Translations under genes and position numbers: made by a program
Notes under the pieces: model-generated
The model's input: the letters and a program-made list of their open reading frames with translations, nothing else
Told to the model about the DNA's origin: nothing
Database searches by the model: none
In this document: piece by piece, positions 1-11,873 of the stretch
Layout of the letters: every line of letters starts with the position of its first letter
Position numbering within the stretch: the first letter of the stretch is position 1
NCBI RefSeq assembly: GCF_036321535.1
Contig: NC_087437.1
Location: 71,860,001 to 71,924,000, forward strand
Length of the DNA stretch: 64,000 bases
From: Camelus dromedarius
Lineage: Eukaryota
Reading direction: 5' to 3'

Positions 1-341
1 AGTTCAGCAAAACCACACTGAGCACCCACTAGGTGCCACGTGGTGTATGGGGGAGTGGCAGGGCCACAGAGAAGACCAGGCAGTATCCCACCCTTGAAGA
101 GCTTGGAAGCTCCTCAATGTTCACCTGGACTGTATCTTTCCACTACACCAACTTAAAATGCAGCGTGGCCTCAAGAAAAGATCAGAGTCAAAGATAAACT
201 TGATTTTACAAAGCACAGGCAAAGCACCAGAACCACTAGCAAAAGCATCAGAAGCAGGACAAAAGAAACACGGCACACACTGGAGCACAGACACACACTC
301 AGGCTCTGCTCAGCACAGCAGTTCTCCAACACAGGCCTTTT

Positions 342-379
342 CACAGGTCCTGGGTTCAACCCCCAGTATCACCATTAAA
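342..379 (+). mobile_element. Short internal fragment of a Vic-1-type camelid SINE
   Basis: cacaggtcctgggttcaacccccagtatcaccattaaa matches the B-box/3' body of the full SINE copies at 12502, 35557, 59201 and 63230; no A-box, tail or TSD. Confidence 0.55.
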
Positions 380-1041
380 CCTCTCTTCAGCTGGCATCCG
401 ACTGCACTGTGACTCGGACAGTTTCTCTCCAAGACTCTCCTGCAAGCAAGAAACCCTCACCCTGACACTGAGGAAGAACCACTTTGATGCAGGACAGAAG
501 AATCTCTCAGAGTCATGTTGAAGGAAAAAAATAGATCACATTAGCGAATCATCTAGAATGACTGGTACAAAGCAGTTTGTTCAATAAATGACAGCAACTT
601 TTCAAATCTGAGTAACTCCCTTCAGGGTTACTCATAGGAGTATTTTCATTAGTCTGATCCTTGTTGCAGATTATTCCTAGTATTTTAATACAAAAGGTTT
701 AAGAATAGGTAAATTTCTCAGGCACCAGACCCCCTCACCCAGGCTTTCCAGGCATCTTGCTCTGGGCATGTATACTCACTAAGTCTCAGACAGACCGACG
801 ACAGACACACGTGCATGTGCACATGTGCTCACAGTGAGCAGCTCCAGCTTTCCGGCTCCAGCGGGTAAGTGTGCTTTCGAATCATGAGAGTTTACTTTCT
901 TTCCCACCTGACCTCACACAAACCCACTTTCTTCACCTCTCTGACCCCCAAATGTACACATTCAGTCCCCCACCCACCCCCACCCCCAATCTTCCTCAAT
1001 TAGAAAGCTCTTTTAAACCACCTAAAACTTAAAATAAATAC

Positions 1042-1228
1042 CAGTTTGGAAACGTGAAGCATGCTCCAGTCCGTCTGACTGTCCCTGCTTTCTCTGCTGG
1101 AAGCCCACGACCCAAACTGCTGTAGGTTCTCCCAAACTTGCGAAGCCCGGGCCTTGGTGCAAGGCTGCCACCCCCGGAGTAAACAAACATGGCGCCCCGC
1201 CAGCTGGGTCAGGCACCACTATTTATAG
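1042..1228 (-). promoter_or_regulatory. Candidate alternative TATA promoter and first exon of the minus-strand gene
   Basis: CTATAAATAG (TATA box and perfect MEF2 site) at 1219-1228 on minus strand; E-box CAGCTG 1201-1206; YY1-like AACATGGCG 1186-1194; FOX GTAAACA 1179-1185; G-rich SP/KLF boxes 1240-1278; local CpG retention; candidate donors CTG|GTATTT (1042) or TTA|GTGAGT (780). Confidence 0.5.
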
Positions 1229-1575
1229 CCGAGCAAAGTGTGGGCGTGATGGAGGGTGGGGAGCGGAGGGGGTGGGGATAATGTGAGCAGCTACTCCTGG
1301 TTCCACAGCTGCAGCGAGGATCCCTGCCGACGTTCTGCTGTCCCAGGTGCAATCCATCCTGTGTGACTAATACCATCATCCCTGTGCTGGAGGGAAGCCG
1401 GAAGCCTCATTGCTGTAGCCCCAGCACCTATCGCGGTGTTTGGCATGTAATAGGAGTGCAGTAAGTATTTGTTGATTAAATGAACAGATGAACTTTTTTC
1501 TTCCTGCCTACCCTACAAGGTTGCAGATGGAGGAGGGGGAGTAGGTGGAGGGAAGGTTAGTGAGGAATGTTTAAA

Positions 1576-1871
1576 ATAGTGCTTCTAAAAACCTATACAG
1601 GATGTTCACTACAAAAAAAAATTTAGGGAACTGCTCTGCTAAGAAAAGCTAATTAGGTTCTTTGCTGCAGGCCTTTTCAGAGCCTTTAATGTGCTATTAT
1701 GCATTGTGAAGCACCAAGAGGGGGATAGAGTATGCACTGAAGGCTGAACTCGCTTAACCACAGGCCTGGCCTTATTTGACCACAGGCTTCGACCGACTTG
1801 ACCACAGTACTCTTTTTCTCAGAGTACCATTAGTGAGGAAAATTTCATCAAATACACTTTGGGAAATGTTG
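1576..1871. mobile_element. Ancient hAT-Charlie non-autonomous DNA transposon (Charlie4z/MER103-like)
   Basis: Recognisable segments ctgcaggccttttcagagcctttaatgtgctattatgcattgtgaa...caagagggggatagagtatgca and terminus acactttgggaaatgttg. Confidence 0.55.
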
Positions 1872-2687
1872 GCATAAGAGGTTCCTGGAGAATATCCCAA
1901 AAGCAACTTGTAAAACAGCATCCCATGTCTGTAATTTTTTAAAAATTGCATGTGAATCTATCATGTATAGTTATTTGGGTTGTCACAGGAAAAGGTCGAG
2001 ACATTTAAATGTTAACATCAGTTAACAATTGCATTTTTTATACTTACTACTTCAGAAATATTCAAAGTGGGTTTTGTAATTATCACTCCTATAATTAAAA
2101 AGGTAAATTTGAAAAAAACACTACCCCAAATATTATCATATCACTGAAATTTTATCTTCCCACACGCCTGGGGGCCTCACATCCCAACAACCTCTTGGGC
2201 TGTAAAATGTCTCTGCCCCATTATCACATCTGAGGGGTTTCCTGCATTTACCTTCAACAGTCAACATCTTTGGCTTGTAAAGAACCCCTCCCCTAATTCC
2301 AGGATTCTGTTGCTTCCACATAATGTAGACAAGCCTTTTGGAAAAAATAAAAATGCATTTAATACTTAACAACCTTTACAAATCTGAAATTCTTTGTTTA
2401 GTAAGTTGTATAAAATATCCATCAAATACTTAGTTTGCTGACGTTACCATGTTGGGCATATTAACATTTAAAGACTGCCTTTTTTTCCCTACTAAATTAC
2501 TAATTTCCTACTTTAACTGATTTGTAAATATAATTAAAAGTCATTCAGATTTAGTGAATGTAACACACCATGTTTTGTCACAGTATGAGATTAAAGTTAA
2601 CATTTAGAATTCGAAGAAATAGTCAATCTTGGCATAAAACAGTATATTGGACCATTTGTTGAGTTACTCTGTGAGATGATGTGCATC

Positions 2688-3217
2688 TGAGACAAGAGGG
2701 AAGGGGGCAGGGCACAAGCACTGAAGGAACGACATAGCCATTGAGGATACGACACAAACTGGTTAGAACCAAGATGGCAGTAGATTCAATTTCCAGTAGA
2801 CCTGGAGCCTTGTGGCACACCCATGGGCGCCATGACAGTTCCTAGGCTGACCATAAAAGGTCAAAAAATGGACAGGGGCCTGATTCCTGGAAATCCCTGC
2901 CCCTTCCCCAAAGTAGTTGGAATAATCCTCCCACTTGTTAATATATGAAATGACGGAGCCCATAAAAACTAACAGCTCTGCACCTCATGGTTGCTCTCTC
3001 TCGCCTTCTGCAACGACCCGCACTCTGTCTCTGGAGTGTGTATTCACCTTAACTTTAGACACCCTCACAACTCTCGGTCTCTCTCCCTCTCACCTTTTGA
3101 GATGGCCACATTCTGCCTGTGGAGTGTGTATCTCTCTAAATAAACTTGCTTTCACTTTACCATGCCTTGCTCTTGAATTCTTTCCTGTGCGAGGCAAGAA
3201 CCTGTTCTCCGGCAACA
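2688..3217 (+). mobile_element. ERV1 solo LTR, MER41-like (copy A)
   Basis: TG...CA termini; 4-bp TSD CATC (2684-2687/3218-3221); MER41 hallmark motifs aaccaagatggc, gcgccatgacagtt, gaataatcctccc, aataaacttgctttcacttta, gaattctttcctgtgcgag; GAS TTCCTGGAA 2884-2892. Confidence 0.9.
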
Positions 3218-3267
3218 CATCTATTACCTTGTCTAATCTCTAAAGCAGTCCATGAAGGAGGTAGTAT

Positions 3268-3812
3268 TGAGACGAGGTAAGGGGACAGGGCACAACCATT
3301 AAAAGAATGACATAGCAACTGAAGATTTGACTCACAGTAGACCTTGAGGCCCAAGATGGCGGGAGACTTCACTTCCAGTAGACCTTGAGCTTCATTATAT
3401 GCTCATTATAATATATTAGCATGGTAAATGGCACTCCCACAGGCGCCATGACAGTTCTGAGGCTAACCATAAAAGGTAAAAAAGTGGGTGGTGGCCCCGT
3501 TCCTGGGAATCCCAGCCCCTTCCCCAAAGTAGTGGAAATAATCCTCCCACTTGGTAGCATATGAAGTTACTAAGCCCATAAAAATGAACAACCCCACACT
3601 GCATGGTCACTTTCTCTTTTCTTCTAAGAGGGCCCATGCTCTATCTGTGGAGTGTGTATCTCTCTGAATAAATCTACTTTTACTCAGCTATGGCTCGCTC
3701 TTGATTTTTTCCTGCCCAAAGCCAAGGATCCTCACTTGGCGGGGCACATCCCAGGGACCCACCAGAGACCTGGAACACACGACCATCCTCTGGTGCCCCA
3801 TTTTCCTGTATA
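3268..3812 (+). mobile_element. ERV1 solo LTR, MER41-like (copy B, different subfamily)
   Basis: Starts tgagacgagg; contains tcattatatgctcattataatatattagcatg...cactcccacaggcgccatgacagtt; AATAAA near 3668; longer U5 than copies A and C; 3' end and TSD degenerate. Confidence 0.85.
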
Positions 3813-4280
3813 TACTATTGTCATCCCCATTTTACAGATGCAGCAATTGAGGCTCAGTGAGGTTAAGCATCTTGCTCAAGTAAAGGTTTCAAAGCCAGGG
3901 CTATCTGCTCCCCTTGCCTGCTGGTCTTAGTGTCCTTAGTAGATTCAAGCAGATACACCAAAAAAGGAAGCTGAGAAAGACTGACAAAACCCAAATCAGT
4001 CTGAGTTGGAGACATGCACCAACCAGCATGTTTCGGGAGGGATTGGTTGGGCATGTCCCACAGTGCACTCTGCACCCAGCTCCTGAAGATGCTTTGTCTC
4101 CACCCTACTCGGAGTCAGTCCTGAGGTCTGAGCCCCTCGATCCTGTCCAAAAGTTGGCAGCACCCCTTTGAGTCTAGATCCAAGTAATACGCACCAGCAT
4201 GTAGTGAGAAACAAAAAAACTCCTCCGTTTCTTAATCTGGCCTCTCTTATCTTCCTTCTGTTCTCACGTAAGCATTAGAT

Positions 4281-4458
4281 TGGAGGTTCCCAACTCTGGC
4301 TGCATAGAAGAATCTCCTGGGGACATTCAAACATGTCAACGCCTGGGCAGTACCTCAGGCAAATTCAGTTAGAACCTTTGGCGGTGGGGCCAAGGCATCA
4401 GCATTTTCAAAACTCTTTCCTGGAAACTGTCATGTGCAGCCAGGGGTAGGAACCAATG
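4281..4458. mobile_element. MER5A-like hAT MITE
   Basis: ggttcccaactctggctgcatagaagaatctcctgggg...ggtggggccaaggcatcagcatttt...atgtgcagccagggg...gaaccaatg. Confidence 0.6.
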
Positions 4459-6212
4459 GGTGTTTCCCCCAAGGATCTGGGAGTCCTTTGAAGGTCTGCC
4501 AGAAACGCCCTAGCTGCACTGGACGCCATAGTTGGAATTGCAAGTTTTGCATAAAGATGTCTATATTATTTTTAGAGAAATTCTTGCCATTTTTAAAGCT
4601 GAGGTTTTTTTTACCCCACAACTTGAATATTTTAATACATTTTAACGAATGAAACATGGTCTCAAAATTTCTCTCAGATTTCCCCAAATATTTTCTGGAC
4701 TTTCAGATTCCTAGTTTTCTCCTCTTCACACAGAAATGAAAACCCAAGAGGAGGCCACCATTGCAAAAAGCACCTACTTTGGGGGCCAAGACAGCTTCCA
4801 TTGTAGCAAAGAAGACACTCAAATAGGTCCCTGGGCCACAGTCACCCCTACAGGGCTACCACCTCCTACTTCTGGGGGGTGCGGGAGCAGGGCTTGGGAG
4901 GTCAGAAGGAAACCAGAAGTTTTCCAAGCATATGTACATTTTAGCATTTGCACATCAAAACTGGAAATGCCCTCAGTGATTCCCTGAACAAATTCAGAAC
5001 AGCCTCCAGGGGCTGACAGACCACCAGGAAATGGAACAGGTGTTGGCCATCCAGGGGTCCCCCATCCACTTAACACCACATCACACCTGAGGGCTTTGGC
5101 TCCCCTGGAGCTGGCTTTTTGACATCCCAAAGGGTTAACAGCTCAGCAGAGCTCCTGGCCTTTCCCTCCCCATGGAGTAGATTTTCAGTTTGGTCCCTGC
5201 TGGGGAGGAGACTTGGGTCCCACCCAGCCCCTCCCCATCTGCAGCCCTCCCACTCCAGGAATGAAGCTGCCACTGCCCAGCATATGCCCAAACTGGTTTC
5301 ATCTCCTTCCAAATCCATTTTGTGTCTTAACTTCTGCCAAGAATAAAAATTAAAACACTCACACACACATCATGCGTGTATGGAAGGGGAGGGCCGGGCT
5401 GGAAGTTTAAACTGAAAAAGACCAGGCAGAGAGTGGGAGGGGCGTGTCGCTGATGAAAGTCAGGGCCTGGAGACTTCCTTGGGGTCTGTGTGGGCCTGGG
5501 CACACCCCACCTGAGGCCCCTGCTGGCTTCATTCAGGGTCAGACCTGAGGAGAAGCTTTTGCAGCATCTCCCCCTCCTGGTCCTCCAATACCCATTTCAT
5601 CCATCCCACCCCTGCCCTGGAGCCACAGAGCAGCCAAACTGCCCAGCACTCCAAAGGCTGGAAGCAGGCTCTGTTCCCCATGCTTGGAGGAGCCCGTTCC
5701 TCGCCAACTGCAGAATGAATAAAATAGTGCTTGGAATGACACATGGGCCCTGGTGGTGCAGGCAGCTTGCAGGCTGCTTGTGGCCACCCAGAAAAACGAG
5801 TCTGGAGCTGGAGCTGCCATTAACACTCCTGTTCTACCACACCAGGGTCCGCAGATGCCTCAATCCGGGGGCCAGGCAAAGAGCGGTTCTGATCCAGCCC
5901 TCTCCCGTCATGTCTTGCTGATGACTTCTTCCTTCTCAGCAAAACCAGGAGCCCCTGAACAGCAGAATGATCACACCTAACCCTTCACTCATTCAGGATC
6001 CCCCAGGTTCAGAAAATGGCCCCTTACTCAACTCTAAACCACATCTACTGCCCCCTTTCCTCCCCAAATGATAAACTAAGTACTCACATTACTTACACCT
6101 GTCCAGATGGAACACATCCTGACTCATACAATCCCTTGCCATACAAGTCAGTAAATACTCATTGAGCACCTATTTAATATTAGGCTCTGTGGATCCAAAA
6201 ATAGAGTTCAAG

Positions 6213-6795
6213 TGAGACAGGAGGGAAGAGGGCAGGGAACAAGCACTGAGAAATGACAGAGCAATTGAGGACAGGACAAACTAGTTAGAACCAATATGCT
6301 GGAAGATTCAACATCCTGTAGACCTGGAGCCTCATGGCACACACACAGGCACCATGGCAGCTGCTGACTGTAAAAGGTCAGAAAGTGGGCAGGTGCTTGA
6401 TTTCTGGAAATCTCCACCCCTTCCCCAAAATAGTTGGAATAATCCTCCTACTTATTAGCATATGAAATTACCGACCCCATAAAAACTAACAATCCTGCAC
6501 CTTGTGGTTGCTCTCTCTCTTGCCTTCTGAGACAGCCCTCACTCTGTCTATGGAGTGTGTATCTACCTTTAAACTAAACATCCCTAGACCTCTTGGCCTC
6601 TCTCCCTCTCACCTTTCTGTGATGGCCCGCATCCTGCTTACGGAGTGTGTATCTCCTAAGCCGCTCCCCCTTCTGAGTGAGACAAACGGCACTCTGTCTA
6701 TGGAGTGTGTGTGTCTCTAAACAAACTTGCCTTCACTTTACTATGCCTTGCTCTTGAATTCCTGTGCGAGGCAAGAACCTCTTTCTTTGGCAACA
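6213..6795 (+). mobile_element. ERV1 solo LTR, MER41-like (copy C)
   Basis: TG...CA termini; 4-bp TSD CAAG (6209-6212/6796-6799); collinear with copy A; polyA signal mutated to AACAAA; inserted in an L2 remnant. Confidence 0.9.
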
Positions 6796-9700
6796 CAAGC
6801 TTTCCCTGGGAGCTCTGCATCTGGTAAAGAAGACACACAGAAACATCTCAGAGAACTGCTAGAGCAACTGACGATCAAACCTGAGTGCCCTGGGCTGTCC
6901 TCTCTTGTCCACGCCACAGCGATGAGGGCATGGGAAGGCTGGATGACACACCTCTTTTGGAAAGGGTAACCTTGTGGCATCCATCCTTGTCCCATCTGCA
7001 CACAAAATAATGAAAACAATGTAGTAGTTTAAAAGCTCTCTCGTTTGTCTTGATCATTGTTGAATCTGGGTGATGGGCACATAGGGTCAGGATACTCTTT
7101 TTTCTGCTTCTGTGTATTTGAGGTTTTAGATAGATGAATAATACTTACTTTTTCAATAGGATCACTAGAGCAAGATCCTTCCAAACCTACTCAATCCTGC
7201 ACCAAGGTTCCAGGACACCACCCCCCCGCCATCGTATCATCTCAGTTAAGCCAAAAACAGCACTGTTGGGCAGATTGCCACGAGTGCTCAGGTTCTGGTA
7301 ACATAGAGCAGTACACCCACTCTTTAACCTGCAAAGCCTCCTCAGTGTTAGGCCAAAGAGGCAGCCCCACCCCTGAAAGGGTTCTGTTGGTCATAAGCAG
7401 AGGAGGCCCTGAGGAGCAGATCTCCTTGGTCCTCTGGCTCAGGAACCCAGAGACAACTGGCAGCCCTCCATGCCCACTGCCTCCTTCCTGGGTCCTCCCT
7501 GCCCAGGGTGGGCCTTCCCCAGAACCTGGAGCACATCTCACAGATGGCAGGTTCCCACCTTTGGCTGGCTGTTTCCCTGATGGCAGAACCAACCAAGGGC
7601 ACAAGCCCTAGGTCCGAGTAAAAGACCATACATCACTTTTCTCTGGACTTCCATTCCTCTACCTATAAAATTCTCAAACATACCGTAATTGACAAAACTC
7701 TGTAAACAGCCAAGTTCTCCAAGAATATGGGCTCTTGGGAAGGAATTATAAATCAGCAGCTTATCTCAAGCCAGTGATAATCATCATGATGATAATGGTG
7801 ACACCAAGCACCTCCTCTGAGCCAAGAGCTCTTCCAATGAGAGAAGGTAGATAATGTAGTTCAAAGTGAAATGACCTTTGGCTTAGATCTGGGAAATATC
7901 CAGAATCTGGATTACACATGTTCTGAGGGCAGCAGGCATAGTGCTCAATGATCTGCCGGCTGATCAACTGAAAGGCCACCCCTGAATGGTTACGAACATC
8001 TTTAGGTCCACGTGAAAAATGCCTACAGAGGCACAAACAGCACCGTTCTCGGCAAGGTTTATTGCTGTGCATATGGATAACGAGAAACACCTCAAGTGAC
8101 CCAAGAGAGGCAGGCTGCAGCGAGTTTCAGTGGGTGGGAGACAGGTCAGAACCCCCTGGCCTGGGAAAGGGTAACACACCTCTTCTTGGCTGAGATTAAA
8201 AGAAACAAGGTCTCACTGCTTTTCCCCCAACTAGACCACAGGTGCTAGCGCTGGCCTTGTGGTTAGTTTCCTTATGTGGGGAAAATTAGCTTTGCCTGCC
8301 TAACATTCCATCACAACTGGGTAGCTGGTCCTCGTTACTTGTGGGCTTTGAAAGCTGTAGAGCTTAACAGTTGTTCAGGAGCCTCCCTGTTCCACTTCCA
8401 TGGAGGCTGCGTTTTTCTAGAGAGTGGGGAAGAGGGGTGGTGGGTAAAACTGGGACCCTGCTCCGGTTTCTACAGATTGTTCTGGAGGGGAAGTTCTAGA
8501 GAAGACCCAGACTGCACTGGAGACCTCCTTCCACCAACACTTACCGGTGCTCCACCCCATCCCCCGGGATGCTCACAACGTGCCTCTCTGCCCACTCCGC
8601 TCTAACAGGCGACCACACCATTGGGAGGTCCTGGCATGGCCCCCACTGTACAGAATACCATTCCTTACACTAAAGTTTTTTTTTGTTTTTTTAGTACATT
8701 ACAAGATGTTTATAAACTCAGTGTTTCTAAGATCCCCCCCCCCCAAAAAAATCAGGAGAGGAAAAAAATCCCAAATGGTTTGTCAGATCACATATTTTCT
8801 TTTGGATTAACAAATGTGGCTCCTGCTCCTAGGCACACGCTGCAGGCATGCACCTGCAGAAGCCGGTCTGGGAGTCTTCTTCAGGACTCACTGCCTCCGG
8901 GGGGGAAGGAATGTGAGGAGGGGCACTCAGGAGTGAAGGATGGATTTGGCAGGGAACATGGGTCTCACCCTCGCGTGTTTAGCAGCTCTCTATCCTCGGC
9001 TTCCCCAAGCAAACTGAGGTGAGGACCAAGGCTTCCCATGCAGTGACGGTCAGTAATCAGTCACAGCCTTCCAGACTCTGGAGTTAGACCTGCAGTCTTG
9101 AGGGACGGGAAGGTTCAGCCCCAATTCCTAACAACAAAAGCAAGGACAGCTTGCCTGCAGAGAGTACTTCTCTGAAGAGTTTAAGGTGCTTTAAACACTC
9201 CACTGCATTAGTGCTCAGTCTTGGTGACAAACCTGGGGCAGGGACTATTAGTTTCCACTTACACACGTAGGTACAAGTAGGAAGAAGCACTGAACGGCAG
9301 CCCAGAGCTCTCAGTGAGTCCCTGGTCAGGCTACAGATCGGAGGCTGGGCGAGGCAAGGAGAGCAAACCAGAGGAGGAGGCGGGAAGGATTTGGATCATC
9401 GGAATCAAATTTCTACAGTCTGAAAGCTGGCTTTTCAAGGAGGCCAAAGAATCCTCTTCCTCCTTCTTACTAACTGATGCACCTGCCGAGTGTCCTTCAG
9501 AGTGAGAAGGTACCAGCTGGCCTCAGCTCTGTGTTTATTCCACACAGGAAGCAAGGGGAGCTGGGTCTAAATCTCAGTCCCTTCCCCTGGGGTTGGCACT
9601 CTTTCTACCTAGTACACCCCCTCTCCTCTTCAGCCTGACTCAACCAGATGGTTCACATGACCCCCACTCGCATGCACTTTACCCTAACCGTGGTCCAGAG

Positions 9701-10460
9701 CTGGAGTGAGGGTGGAGGAGCTCCTCCTTCTGCTCCTGTTACAAAATCCACAATCATCACCCAGCCCCTGAGAGCCTCTCTGTCTAGTGACTGGTTAGTG
9801 CCCTGAATATTGGAGTTCCTGCCACCACACTCCCAAGGAATCCTCATCTGCAAGGCTGCCGGGAGAAATAAGCACCTCTTGACAGGGAAAACGTTTCCCG
9901 TGCTCTTTGCGCCCGATCACTCTTCCTCCTCAATGACCACAAAACAAGCCCCAGCGCTCAGTCACTCTGGGCTCAGCACAGACACCCTGGAGCCCAGGTG
10001 GAGCTGAGACAGCGACTTCAGAGGCTGAGGGAGCTGTGGCCACTGCCGGATGTGGTGTGAAGGATGCTGCCTGCCCCGGAGGCTCACTTCCCCACCGCTA
10101 GTTCGAAGCTCCAGAGCAAGTAAAACAAACTACCAAGGAGGAAGGCAAACAGCCCAGTGCTCCTCCTGTCTCTCCACTTAAGAATGGGATGGGAAGGTCT
10201 GCACAGCTGGTACTTCCAGATGTGGAACCAAAACACAGGCAGCAACTGACAGTTTACCAGTCTGGGCTGAACTCCAGTAGCACCAGGGCCGGGCATGTTC
10301 AGTGGATGGCGACAAAGGAATAGCACTGCAGACCCGTGGGCTCTGGTCAGGTGGGTCTCAGCACTGGCTGGGGGCTCCTCCTTTGCCAGCGCATTGCACC
10401 CCAGCTGGATGTGTGTATGGGAGGGGGAGGGGGAGAAGGCCAGGTTTAAAATTGGAGGAG

Positions 10461-10940
10461 ATTGCTAAGTGAAAAAAGCCAACCTGGAAAGACCATACAC
10501 TGTGTGATGCCAACTATATGACATTCCGGAAAAGACAAAGCTACAAAGACAATAAAAGAGCTGAGGTTGCCAGGGATTGGGCGAGGGAAGGAAGGAGGGC
10601 CAAAAAGGTGGAGTACCAAGAATTTTTAGGCAGTGAAGCTATAATTCTGATATAATAATAATGGTGGATATGTGTCATTATGCATTTGTCAAAACCATAG
10701 ACTGTATAATGCAAAAAGTGAGTCTTAATGTAAACTGTGGACTTTAATTAATAACAATGTGTCAGCACTGACTCACCAACTGTAGCAAATGTACTACACC
10801 AGCATAAGATGTTAGTAATAGGGGAAACGGGGGGGGGGGGTTGAGGGCTATGTGGCAACTCCCTATAATTTTCACTTAATTTTTTTCTATAAACCTACAA
10901 TTGCTTTTTAAAAAGGCCATTAATTTTTTTTTAAGTTAAA
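10461..10940 (+). mobile_element. Old LINE-1 3' end (L1MC-like)
   Basis: gctaagtgaaaaaagcca...atggtggatatgtgtcattatgcatttgtcaaaaccatagactgta...taatgtaaactgtggacttta typical L1MC 3'UTR; contains a G12 run at 10829-10840. Confidence 0.75.
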
Positions 10941-11873
10941 AAACACCCGGAGGAGGCAGCTTGGGCCGTTCCCCAGCCCCCCGAGATGCTGCAGATGTTG
11001 GGTCTAGGGATCTTGGGAGTGTAATTTCTCAGGCATGTTTGTTGTCAGCACAAGACCTCTTGGGATATTTGTTCCTATTTTTATTCTTCCTTAGCTTCTA
11101 AGTCTAGAACCAAGTCAGAGATGATTGAGATGCAATTTGAAGTCAGATCTATCGCCCTCTGGGCAGGCATCCAAACGCTATTCCTTGAACTTCCAAGGCT
11201 GTCAGCTCTCCAAACGCAGAAACCATTTCTGTCGCCTGTGTGCCTAGCATGGGGCCTGACCCCTCCCGGCCCCCATGCATGTGGGGAACTGAACTATTCT
11301 CAGATTCATCCCATGTTTCTCATGTCCCAGATTCAACAGAACTCCAGTTCAACTCTGCAAACGGAAGGGAGCAGTACCGTGGACGGTCCAGGCACACTTA
11401 GGAAATTGTAGGTGAATGACTAGACTATTATCCCTTGGTGGAGTGAGGATGCCCTGGGCTTCTCTGCAGCTCCAAGCCAGGCTTAGCACGGCACCAGGCC
11501 TAAAGTCCGTGTACAGTAAATTCTTCTCGAGTAATGTGGAAGGGCCTGAGAGGTGTCTATTCTCACCTTCCTCTTACAGAGGGAACAGCTGACACACTTA
11601 GGGACATTCCTGAGGTCAGTCACCTTGAGGAAGATGGAAGACCTGGGCTCCTTCTGCTGTGGCCTAGCACACTGCTTTCTGGCTTTTCTAAAATAGGCCC
11701 TCTACTAGTATTAGAATTCTCCACACCTTTCTCTCCCTGTATACATATACTTAGAATGCATTTTTCTTCTATAAATCTATAGGTAGTTATTTCATTTTGT
11801 TTGAAACTCTTTTTATAGCCCTTCTGAGATTCAGGAGAGGCCTGTAGACTAGTTAAAAAAAAAAAAACAAAAC

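Larger units (their letters stand above)
2651..3910 (-). mobile_element. MIR split into three pieces (2651-2687, 3218-3267, 3813-3910) by two LTR insertions
   Basis: Joining the pieces gives catttgttgag...tctaatctctaaagcagtccatgaaggaggtagt...ctattgtcatccccattttacagatg...tgaggctcagtgaggttaag, the MIR core. Confidence 0.6.

Noticed and set aside
2688..6795. LTR A and LTR C as the 5' and 3' LTRs of one deleted provirus
   Set aside because: Each has its own flanking TSD (CATC versus CAAG); the intervening DNA is MIR, MER5 and unique sequence with no primer-binding site or gag/pol/env
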